A stretch of DNA of 64,000 nucleotides, from the NCBI GenBank assembly GCA_030141605.1, contig JAQGDQ010000302.1:221860-285859 (forward strand), in the 5' to 3' direction. This DNA is from Tubiluchus corallicola. Taxonomy: Eukaryota > Animalia > Priapulida. The position numbers and the translations under genes were made by a program. Shown here in pieces: positions 12,001-25,220 of the stretch (position 1 is its first letter; each line of letters starts with the position of its first letter). Under the pieces are notes generated by a model. The model was not told the DNA's origin, did not search any database, and was given only the letters and a program-made list of their open reading frames with translations.

Positions 12001-15000
12001 AAGTAATATATGTAATCGAATATTTTACACCAAGAGACAAAGCTACCATAACTTAAGTGTATCAGCAGGCACCTAGTAATGCAGAAAGACATAATTACTG
12101 TTAAGTTAATTTGCAAAATAGCATTAATTTTTTTAAACTGGTGATTCCCACTAGTTTCATCAATCTGAATGAATTAATAGAACTGTTTTCAATTATCTTG
12201 ATCGTCTGGGAAATGGCTATTATAACTGTATTAGCTAATGCTGAAGTTAAATTCTCAAATTTGACAGATAACTACTTGTTAATCTGTGTTCAATGAAAGA
12301 AAATTATATTCACAGCCGAAAATGGTTATGCTAACACACATTAGTCACTTCAGATGTCATAATTCTTCATCTAGGTTCTGGTCCCACAACCAGTCAAAGT
12401 TATTAGTAGATCATGCTGCTGAGAGCTTAATTCACTTATGCAGGGTCGACAGTATTGCAACATTTTACGATATAAATTTTTAGGTTTCTTTAACTATAAC
12501 TGAAAACTGAGTTTGTCCTTTAATATTTAGATGTTCTCCCTAAACTGATTCGTGCTACTAACCTACAACAGGAAGCAACATGAAATGCAAGTAATCAATA
12601 CTAGAGAGATTTGCTTTGGTAAATTTATGTCTAGCCCAGCACCGTAATGCCATGAATGGTAATTTTTTGTTTTAAAAAGTCAAACAAGCAACAACTAAAG
12701 ACATAATCAATGACTTACAGTTAGGTAATAATATAGCATAAGGAACTCACAGAGTAAGGAAAATACAAATTGGAAATAAAATCAAAGTTTGATAACATTC
12801 AAATTTCCCAAAAATGAACATGAAATGATGGCTACACAAAAACAGGCATGTTCAACAAGCCACTTACTTACGTAAGTTAAAATTCACATCATAAGTTAAA
12901 AATACAAAACCACTAAAGCGCAACCTAAAATGCTTTAGCAGAGATTTCCTACTCCATGTACCGCTTTCTTGGTGGTATCTAAATATAAAACAAATTAGAC
13001 ATAAAGGTGCCCATTGTGAAGAACGTTTGCAAGTTCTTTCGTACATGTTATTCATTAGCTGGCTCTGTAAGGCAAAACAACTTCTGCTCAGCTTGATTAA
13101 CGCTCGTTGTTTTCCTCAATCTTCAAATGTTCCATGAAATGATTAGAGCGGAGTATCGTTCGTTCAGATGGCAACCCATTTTTCACTCATTTGTTTTGCT
13201 GGCAATGATTTAAACACTGCATATTTAGACGTGCAATGTTGTTTACAAATGACAAATATTGTTTAGAGAAGGAAAGTTATGTCCATTCCAGGGAAGTTGT
13301 TACTATGCAGTATGCAGTAATGTAAAACCAGCACTTTCACAAGTTTCACGAAGAAAACCAAACCAAATATTTTGGGAAAATGCAACCTCAAGGGCAATTT
13401 CCCTAAAAATGAAGATGTGAAACATAGCAAGAGTGTACATAGCTCCTGTAATAAAAATGTAAAAGTCTCAAATGTTACATTTAAGAGACAGGCAATTAGA
13501 ACTACAGCATGCAGACTCTGCAGGCTCTGTCTGGCCTACCTAGGTGTTGCATATTACCTAGCTCTTTCTATTTTAATTTTCTAGGTATTTGCATAATTTT
13601 GTACAGAAGCATCTCTGTTGTTGTCTAAGTGAGTAGTCTCAGATTCTTGATGCCAGTAAATAGTATTGGTTATACATAATTGTTGCCATTAATGAGTGTA
13701 GATTCAAAATGTGTTTTAGGTTTTGGCTTCATACACTTTTAGGGTATTTAAGTAAATTATGTACATGAAGACATTATAGAAAGAAGTGCGTGTGAGAACA
13801 AACACCTACTAGCTTAGAATATTTATCATATAACATTAGCATTATTTACTAACAATAATACAGCATAAGCATCTTTACAGAACTATACTACTAATGCTTT
13901 ACAAGTCTATATAAAATATACACAAATTAAAAGACTAGTGTTGTTAAGAATGAGTCATGGCGCCATCCAAAAACTATAGAGTTAATTTATGATTTTCAAA
14001 AAATCACTAAAACAGTATACTTATTGCACAATTATAAGTATAATGCAAGTTATTTAAAAATTTAGTCAGGTTAACTTCATCTAGGTACAAAATACAAATC
14101 ATGCAGACACTGTAAACAGACGAATCTTAGCTAAAACTTGAGTCTCATCAAACTAGGCTCAGGAGCACTTAATGAATTATTTGAAAAGGGCATTTAAGCT
14201 ATTCCAGTGGTTACGAAATTCACTCAGAGAAAATGAGGTGACACTTGCTAGACTGCAAAAGGTTTGGGCAGCCATAAAAAGACTTAATGCAGCAAGGCTG
14301 TCAACATGCAGGTAAAAAAATCAACTGCTAATGACTTAGGGAACTACGATTTATAATGAAATTTCTTTCTTCTGCATTAACTACATTCCATTTCCAAAAT
14401 TTCTAATGCAAAGAACTTTGGTTATTATATCATTATGGATGTTGGAAAAGCAACCTGCTAAGACAAGCACAAAGCTTAGTTTTTAACCCACTTGAGCAAT
14501 GAATCCCTTATTATATAACTTTACAAGAATACTAGTGTGCTTACACACCTAAGCAAATTTATAGGATTATTATCTCAAAAAACTGAATTTACACTTTTAT
14601 TCCTACTTTTGCTTTTAAATTTTTCTTGAATTTTGGCAAAATAGCAAAGTAATTAGTTTTTTTCAGAAACTCATGTAATTTGCCTAAAAGAATAGCCAAA
14701 TCTGTACCTATTTTCAAACACTTTGCTTGGTTTGTTAACAAATATAGAAAATGGTACAGTGCATAGAATGGCTTCTGAGATGCCCTTAGAGCACAGGACA
14801 CACATACACACACACACTCACACATCTGCTGTAATTGCTTCTTTCAGAACCGTTTAACAACGACAGTAACCTGTAGTGACACGCAGTGAAAGGGAAATGA
14901 TTTCAAAGATTTCACTGATTGTAGATTTTTAGAGACTTAACAACATCTTCGTTGAATGCGATCAATACAAAAACAAGGATTTGATTCACAGCTACACAGA

Positions 15001-15476
15001 CAAAACTAGACAAGTGCAAGAACATTACCTCCTGATCCATGATGGTGTTTAGCACTTCCAACTTTTTCTGTAACTCACGCGCCTCTCCTTCTTGCAGATC
15101 TACAAGAAAAAGAACATGTGCTAGGAAACAGACCAAGGGAAATGCAAAATTTTCACTTGATGCAGCAAACATTAAATTCTTTCATAGTGTGTAAAAATGT
15201 ACTGGTGTGCAGTGACTTAACTATACCTTCCTTTATATAAGAACAAACTTTGTAATCAACTTACTAAAAACCTATTCTATATTTTGATTAATTTGTCAGC
15301 TGTATTTCAGATTGATGAAGCACATTTACAATTAAAAATTCCCATTGTTACTCATACTCATCTACTGTATCAACAATTTGCTGCATGGTTACACAAATTA
15401 TTTTCACTTGAGATATATATATAAGCTACATTAACTCAGTTGCAAATAATATTATATAATTATATGTGCACGTCAA

Positions 15477-15520
<44 letters not shown>

Positions 15521-18500
15521 AGAGATTATATAATTATATGTGCATATAAATTTGACGTGCACATATAATTATATAATCTCTCTTTATATATATAAATTTG
15601 ACGTGCACATAATAATTATATAATATTATTTGCAACTGAGTTAATGTACTTAAAAACTTCAACACATTATTGTTCTTTTTTATATATATTTAAAAGCATA
15701 CAATGTCTTATTAGTGTACAGATGAAGCATGCTTTCCAGTAATTTGACAATCAACAAGCAAAGAATAATTTTTAAGCTTTGGAATTCTTCAGTTGCATAT
15801 ACCCAACCATCTAGCTGTCATTAAACACACTGGTGACAAAAAAGTAGAACGAATTGTCCAGATAACTGACAAACCGTGATTTTTTTCTACAAGGCACATA
15901 AAATCATTCAACTGACATCACTAGCATCAAAAGTAATTATGGTATCACAGCTATTACACACAACTTATTACTACAAATATAACAGAGCTTTCCTTTTTGA
16001 AGTATAAACGCTTAAAAATACTGCCACACTTTGTAAAAGTAGAACATAGAATGTTAGTGTTTCAGCTGCTCTGTGTGTGACATATACTGCTCAGCAGCTG
16101 TAGCTTTAGTTCTCAAAGTGAGAACAATAAAGTGTATGTTCTCGGCTGTGTCGGATATTAAAATCCATAAAGGGAGTGTGTAAAAGTACCGCAATCATTT
16201 TAATCCTCTCACGAGTCGCTAGACATAAATTTTTATCAAATTCGCTTAATTGTTAATTGCAATAACAAGCACTCTCGAGACAAGCAATAACATCAACTTC
16301 TAAAAGCATTTGTAAGAAGCTCAATAACAAAGTAAGTCGCAAGTTGGCATCCGTTTCCAACCAAACTCTAAAAAATAGTAACCCCTTCCATGCAACAGAG
16401 CTGCTTGAAAAGGATGAGTACGTAAGTTTTACAGGCATGATTTCCTATTGTATATTAACACTTAAAACATGGTATGCTTTCTGATGATAAAGAGTTATTG
16501 TAAATGATAAACTCTAACTTTAATCTCTCTTTGTAGATTTGCATCTTGGTAAAAACTAAATATCATGTAATTACGTATTGGACCATCTCAGTTTTTAAAG
16601 AAGCTGCTTTATATTAAAAAACTGGATGATACTACATTTCTACCAAAATTCCTCTAAAAGCAACTAAAATTAATTTCAAACAAAAGTCGTAATCATAATA
16701 AACTTGCTGTGAAAATATAGATTTACAATGTAGCTTCAGTGAACAACACTGTAATTACTTTGTAAGCTAGGCCTATTGGCGTCTCTTATTTTCACAAATG
16801 CAGAAAGCACACGGAAACAATAAGAGAAACTGATACAGAATTGCCTCTACTAATTTTATTTCTCACTTTAGCCTTTACCTACAATTGAAATAAAAATTTA
16901 ACAAAAATTAAAAACTTATTAATAAAGTAACAAATGTTTATATGATTCTATTGTGCAACACAGCTTGCAAGCAGTGATTAGTAATAAGCCTTTAATTATT
17001 TATTATCTTAATTGCAAGATTATCAATTAACGATAGAATAAACCTACATTTAATGCAAAACATGATTGAAAAAAAATGTAGACGAATGTGAAAACAGCTT
17101 GGATTTGGACCAGGAATCTTCAGGATGCAAGTTTAAACTTTTCATCATGCTAGATCATGCAATCCCTGGTGAGGTTGTCATTAACGTTAAAATTTTGGAC
17201 TTGATACAAAATTTGGCATGCACCACTTACAATAATTACTGAAATGACAAAAATAATTGCGGCTGCAGCACCATAATGTACTAAATATTTTACATCAGTG
17301 AACAACATTAAATTCTGCTTCACTGCATTCAAATTATTTCAGCGCAAAAACTAATTTGTTCCTTTATTTGTTAATATGTTTTGTGTGTTGGAATTAGCCA
17401 TACATGAAAGCAACAAATAATATCGTAGGCAACAAATGACAATACGAAAGGTGCACCATCATGTTAGTTCAAAATGAAAATTGGTTTTCAGCTTTGTAAA
17501 AAGCCACAACTTTCAGTGACTAAAAAATATGCTGATCTTTGTCATTTTAAAATTTGTTTGGGGCAGTCATTGCTGTAATTGTGGCTGCAAATGACAGAAA
17601 AACTTTACTTGTGCAGTTAAGAGAATTTAACTAACTTCAATACAAATTTTATTCAAAACAAAAATATTTGTATTGTAAAAAAAACTTTAGTAAACAAATA
17701 CTTAGAATTATTCATTAGATTAAAATTACTGTACCTGATTTAACATAATATAATCAAATCTTAGATAAAATGTGTGGCAGCTAATTTAAACAATTTTTCA
17801 TATAGCTACGCAAGCGTTCAATTTTTGGAGTTATTTTTTGAGCTTGATTCTAATGGTGCAAATTCCAAAATGGCCTGGCATCATAGGATACAAACACTAA
17901 ATCACTAACAACAGCACAAGCCTCCTTTTGACTGAGACAAGTTTTAACTCAATCCTTATAGGTTACTAATCATTTCCCAATGTTAGTTTACTGATGAATG
18001 CTAAAGTAAAGGTCTAGTAGTCTACGGTACTGAGTTTGTAACTGAAAGATTCTAGATTGAAATCAAGATTTTCCTTTGGACATAATTGAATTAAAAACAC
18101 TTAATAAACTGTGGTGGGTTTATTCGTCATCATGCACAGTCTTTGCCATTGTAACTACGCAATTTAATTATAAGCAAACGGAATGTTTTTGTTTTTTATC
18201 TTGCAAATCCATGCCAGGCTTAAATTAATTTCTCCACTTTCAACTTCTTCGCTTTTATCTGCAATAATTCTATGAAAAAGCAGAAACCTGTTCTGCCAAT
18301 AATGTATGATTGTCTGCCAACGAATTACAAAACAAATCATTGTAATGATTTTTAATTATACATATTTGATAGTGTAAATCTATACTAATATTTAGTATTA
18401 ACCACGATAAATTGTGTATTATTGTTCAATGTCTAATAGTTTCTATTTAATAATTTATACTGTCTAATTTGCAATAGAATTGGGCTGTTTTCACCAACCT

Positions 18501-21500
18501 CAACTTTTTTGTGAAACTGGATTAAAACAAATAACATCTTTTCGACGTTTGCTTCAAATTCAGATCGATTTTATCGCGAGCCGACATATAATTCCAACAT
18601 CGAAATTATAATTTTATAACAAGTAGTTGTATCTCCTACATCGAGGACATGTTCAGTTTATTCAGCAAAGACTTTCAGAACAAATAAATGAATTTGCATA
18701 ATTTACCTAATGGCAGTTCAAAGCGTGCATCAATAAGAAGCGTGAATCCTGTTGGAGTGTGTGTGCCAACAACCTCTCCACCCCTCATCACTAGCTCAGC
18801 ATCCATAGACAACCATCTACCTTGCCCTTCCTGAAAAAATAAGTATAAAGTTAAATTGTACAAAGAAGTTGAACAGACACATAATTTGAGCTTGCTGTTG
18901 AAGTGATGAAGGTTGATCAGATAAAAGAACATAGGAATTATTTGGACAAGAGAAGTGTTTACAGTGTAGGGAGCGCTCTTAAAATCACTTCCGAGTTTCT
19001 CCACTATGTGTTTACACCATACTGAGAAAAAGTGACGGTCAAGTTCTGTAAAAATGCAAGCTGTAACAGATGTAAATACTGAGACACACTGAATTAATTA
19101 ACTCTTCAAAGGAGAAATGAAGAATTGTGATAGAATCAACTTCTCAATTTTTAACTTTTGAATCTAAATTAGCATTATTTCTATTCTTCTGTCACTTGCC
19201 ACATCTAAACCACCTGATATTCTTGCAGTGCTTTAGAAGTGCAAGGTTTATTACCCTTGAATCATCTCTCACCTCATTAGAATGTGGTATCTTGATCAGT
19301 GGAAGCCAATGATAACCTAGTAGCTTATCCCACAACATGCCCTTGTTCCATAATTCGATGATAAGACCCGCGTCCAGGCGATTGGTTTCACTGAAATGGA
19401 CAAATCAGATGATAATATTGCCAATAAGAAACAAAAAACAAACTTGTAATGCCTGCAATAAACTTCAAAACTCCATAGTGAAACTGAAAGTAGGTATTAC
19501 ATGTTTAATGTAACTAATTCTTGCAGGAACAATGGACTTGAAATTTTACACATCTGAGTCGATTAATGCCATAGCACTAAAAGTGAGCAGGTGAGCAAAC
19601 GCAGGAACTAGTTATCACTCACCTCAAGAGAATGTGGTATCTTGATCAGTAGCAACTAATAATAATCTAACCTAAATCTCAGATCAATTTACAAAACAAA
19701 ACTAAATCGTGCATGTGCTAAGCTGAAATGGAGATTAAAGCTCCAATGAATGTGCCCGTGAAGCAACCATTATGGAAAGACTACTAGGTCAGAGAGGAAA
19801 AACAATAAAAACGTTAGACCAGATGAAGATTGGTTGGCTTGTAAATCACCCTAAAATCCCCCCGAACAATAATCCTTTTCATGACACATCAGCCCACATA
19901 GGATCATGTCTAATAAGGAAGGTCTAATAAGTATGGAAAAAGACTTAGCAAATCAAGAACACCTGTTACAACAGTTCCTTAGGGGAATGAGAGACACAAA
20001 CTAAAAGAATGAAATACTGTCTGGTACACGACTGGGATTCATAATATTACAGTGATATTGTCTGTGGGTGGAAGATAATTAGCAGATCAGGAACACCTCT
20101 CCTGAGGTTCTTTCATAATACTAGAGCTATTGCTTGATAAACGTCCATAATAGGACTGCAAATACTGCAGCTGCCATAAGAAAGACAGTCAAGAAAATTC
20201 AATAAACTCACACCACCAGAGATGTTACGCTGTTTACTTTACGCAAAACTCCTCAAAATTAAATATTTACAATCTTTGTAATAATACTGTCACTGTCAAT
20301 GTCATGCTCTTCACCATTTCGTCGAGAGGAATGTGATCTATGCCAGAAAAACAACTCAAACTGCATACTGTGATAAAAATACAAACTAAAAACACCAGAC
20401 ATGCAGGAAAAAATGATGAAAAATGTGTGATGTGATCAAGGTCGAACAACCACACAAAAAAAGATAATGGCTCTTACTTGACTCCCTGTGTAATATTTTG
20501 CCATGCCTTCACAGCATTCATTCATTGTACATTAGTTATCAGCCACCACACACACGTTCACTGTACACAGCCAGCTTTCATTCACTTATTCATTTTTTCA
20601 ACACTTATAACAAATTTCCATTTAATATATCCAGTTTTCACTTCATTCACTGCACCTAGCTTTCATTCACAGCACCTACCTCAGCTTTCACTCACTAAAT
20701 GGATTCACTTTGTAGCCCAGCTTTCATAATATCTTCCTTTAATAAACCGTACTTAACTAGCATTCAATACACCCAGTTTTCATACACCGTATCCAACTTT
20801 CACCTATACTACATAGTTTTCTTTCAGGGTACCCAGTTTTCATTCACCTTACTTATGTTTCACTCGCTGTATCAAGCCTTCACTCACAGGATCCCATTCG
20901 TTTACTGAATCCAGCCAGGTTCAACTTTCTGTTGAATATACCAGCTTTCACTTACCAAGTACCCATCTTTCATTTGCTGTACACGATCATTTCACTGTCT
21001 GTACCTAGCTTTTATTCACTGTACCCACCCCTTTCCTTCACTATCCTAGCTTTCATTCATTGTAGTAATTGTAATCACTGTACGGTCTTGCACCCAGGTT
21101 TTATTCACAGTACACAAAATTCATTCACCATGAATGTACCCAAGAAAAGTCAGTAAATCAGTGACTTTTAAAATGGACCGAACAGTTCTGAAGGCAATGC
21201 TATTTGCACCTTTGCACAAGCAACCTTAGCATACCATCATTAGCAAACTATCAATTAATACAGGTCATCCCAGAACAACAAAATTTTAATGCAAGGCAAC
21301 AGTCCTTACTAATGTTGCATTAACATTATTGCAAAGTTCTGAAAGTTATGTTTATAATTGATTCAGCCGACTGCAACCCTTCTGCCTTGCAATTTTTGAT
21401 ATACTTATGTCATATCATAAGCAATCATCCTAAGTAAAATTAATGTACAGCACTACATAGTTGTTTGCATGGCACTTGTTAAAATGTGGGATACCGATCT

Positions 21501-24500
21501 GAGATGCTTCGGGCTGTCTGTTGTGTATCCTCCCTCTAAACGTCACAGCAGATAAAGGGACATATTATACGTCTACTTTGTGTTTACCAGAACTCTCTCA
21601 GACACACTTAAATGAGCAAGCCTATGTGTTATGCTTCACCTATTTACATAATTTTTAATTAATTAATATATAGATTAGTTTTATCTACTAACTCTCATTT
21701 ATCTTTTATAATTTACTGCATGCAACTAACTATACAGATGCTAAAATTGAAATTGAAATATAATTATAAAAGTTTGCTTTACAAGCATGTAAAGCATTCA
21801 AAGAAATCAGAAAAACTGAAACATTCAACTGTTTAACAATATTAGGTAAGATCTCAAATCAAATCCAAATGTTGCATTAGTACTAACATACAATCAAACA
21901 CAAAATCCGTTTTTGAGTTTTTGGTACGACTCAGCCAGAAATTGAACACATGCCTCTGCGGTGGAGAGCAAGTGCTTACCATTTAGCTACAACACACAAT
22001 TTAATGGGATTCTGCTTACATAATTACGAACTCACAAAGAAACAACAATATCCATGGTAATGCTCACTTCTGCTAATATGATTCACGTATTAGTATATTA
22101 GTGGAGTTTTGCCATTCAAAATGTCCAGCAGACAACTTTCAACTTACAGATCTCGCAGAAGAAATCGCAACTAAGTAATACATGAAAGAGTAACTGTTTT
22201 AATGCACCAGAGGGAATACCAAATTGTGCTAATTTCTTGGAAGGGATAGCAAAACTTGTAAATGTCTCACTGCACTTCCAGTGTTAAGTTACTTCACTCA
22301 ATTTAAACCCATCCACATAAGCAAAGTGACTAAAATCGCTACCTCGCGATTATAAGAAGTACCAAAAAGCATACGGAAATGTTCTTTGAAGTTTGAAACT
22401 TCGGTAATTTTTCACTTTTGTACAAGTCTCATGAATACGTCACAAGACAGAATTGATCAATACAAAGAGGTTCAATATAAATAAGTGGCAAATTTCAGCA
22501 TCCAGATGATTAAATTAACAAAATTCAGAAAACCCGCAATAAAGTATCAACTTATAGAGAAACAAATGTATGCAAAAATTTTGTTCTGTTTTGGTACTAC
22601 TTTTGGTAGTGTATGTCAATAATTTTTAGGTATGAAATTTTTTTAGAATTTTTGAGATGCTTTGTTTAACTAATGAATGGTGGGAATTTTGATTGCTAAT
22701 CACAATCTCGTGCGGCTATGCTCACTTTTACTAACATGATTCACGACTCGTGAATCGTCTTAGTAAAAGTGAGCATAGCCGTGGGTATTGCCCTTTCTTC
22801 GTAAGGAGAATCCCATTACACTCGGTGATATAGCTCAATGGTAGGTGCTTGCTTTCCCCCAGGGAAGCGTGCATTCAATTGCCGGCCGAGTTACACCGAA
22901 AATGGTAGGTTGCGCTTCGAACCAATATGCGGCTGATAATGAACTTAAAAGGAGAAATGTATTGGGTTGTTATGCACTTAAGCAAGTTTATGTTTATGGC
23001 TGGAGTTTAGTTGTTGCAAAGAAACTAAGAAGCATTTGCCAAGAAGTAGAACCAACATAAAATTTTTGAGCTTTCCAAAAAAGTATTTGGCAGAAAAGTA
23101 ATTTCAACAGCTATTATAAGAATGAAGTTACTACAGACGTAATTAAAAATTACCAGCACATTTCAAGTTAAGATTACTGCAGGCAGAATATGAGCCTGTA
23201 CAAAAATGAATTGGCAGATCCTTTCCTCACACATCCCCACATCTCTCTCACACCTATTTCCCAAGTTTATAAATTACATGCAAGAAATAAAATATCCACA
23301 GACCACAGTCTTTGAGTCAGATAAATATTCAAATTATTCCATTTTTCAAGTTAGACACATAAGACATATCTCTAACTCTTCAAGCTACCTCACTTTAAAT
23401 GAAGTTGTTGGTATCATGGCATGGTTGAGAAATCGCTTGGTTTTCAAACGACAGAACGATTTTTACAAATTTGAACATAAAACTGATGGATGACGGCTTA
23501 TTAATAAAACCGTCTGACCTCACGGGACGCAAGGCACTTCAAAAACGGACAGTGATGTGAATGAATCCAGAGTTTTCAATTAAAATGAATGATTGAATTG
23601 CACATATCACTCTCATTTGTCTCTTATTGAGTTATAGCTTGGTGGTGATGCTGAAAATGGCATTAATTATTTCTCTTACATTCTGTTCATGATCAGCATG
23701 GTAGTGATGTAAAAAAAGATTGCATAATCATCTTTTTAAACTCGTAACAGGACAGATCTGACTCTTGGGACATTTTCATTTTCAGTGGATGCACTGATCA
23801 TTGTAAATATACACGTTGATTTTGTACATACGCCAAATATTGGTACACACACCATATATATTCCATACACCAAATGGTGCTAACCAAATATTGATTAAAA
23901 TGCATATCTTACTGGATGCATTGCATAAGGAATTCCTTAAAATACATATTCATTCCATAAAAAATGCCTATACATACAAGGATCGTGCATTCTTAGGCAC
24001 CTAAACTCTCACTTCATGCATAAAAGCAGCTGTAAAATCTCAGATTGTTTAAACTATACTGTACGTTTTTTATTGCCATTTGCTATATTCCATTTATCAA
24101 CTGTGCCACCATTATAGTGAGCTCTGGCCATTATTTCAGTCTACAAAGACTGAAATGCCTAATAATTTATGAGTTCCCTAGTGACAGGGCTATGCACTGC
24201 AAGTCACAGACAATTACAGTCGTCTATGATTACACGTTCTGCATCTGCCACACAATGAATAAATCGTGCACACCAAGCTTTGCAGGCACATAATACGCTT
24301 AGAATCAGAACTGATGATTAATTAATTCATCTATCAAGCGCATCACTATGGTACACCTATGTATAGAATAGTTGTCGATATTGGCAGGTCGTGGGCAAAG
24401 TCGTTGAGAGTCTCTTTGGCAACATGATTACTTGTTGAAGTTGCAAACACCCTGAAGGCTATGCTGAATTCTCAATTATCTAATGGCTGCAATTCTTTAA

Positions 24501-25145
24501 TAACAAAATAATCAGAAAAGTAAAAGATGATTAGAAAAAAATGTAAGCCATTGTCACGAGTGGGATTGTCATTTGCTCAACAGGAAATGCTCCACGCAGC
24601 TGCACGCAAACTGATTATCCATGAAAGAAGCTCCTAATGAACCTTGCTGCAAATGTCCCATGTATCAGGTGTGTAAGATAGTTGCCGGATTGATGCTTAA
24701 TTGCGATTATTCAACAACCTTGTTGCTTTTGGCAAGTTCACAAAGAGAATCCAACTAGGCAACATCGGGGCATTTGCCCTTGCTCGACGTCCCTACGGCC
24801 TTGGCCCACTGATCTCGGATAGCACCAACATCGAATGGCACTGAATCTGGTGGTGATGATGATGATGATGAGTGCAACTGGTACTAACCTTGGCAGGCTG
24901 TCAATCCAGATGTCAGCAAAGTTTTGAATCAAAGACTTTATTTGGCTTTGCTTGTATGAATTGTGACTGTTAGATTCTGTCCTTGTAAATTTGTGGGCTT
25001 GAAATAATGAACTCGTGGTTATGTAGCAGCAAGTTTCTTTCTTAGAATATTCCAAATAATGTAGTTCCTTTTTTGTAACCAGCAGTGACTTCAGTTACAT
25101 AGGTCTCCTATTCAGAATTTGTCTTATTATGTACATCATTACATC

Positions 25146-25220
<75 letters not shown>

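Noticed and set aside
22821-22895. Possible tRNA gene
   Set aside because: Only the A-box and a decayed B-box are present, with no full cloverleaf; a diverged second copy indicates a SINE.
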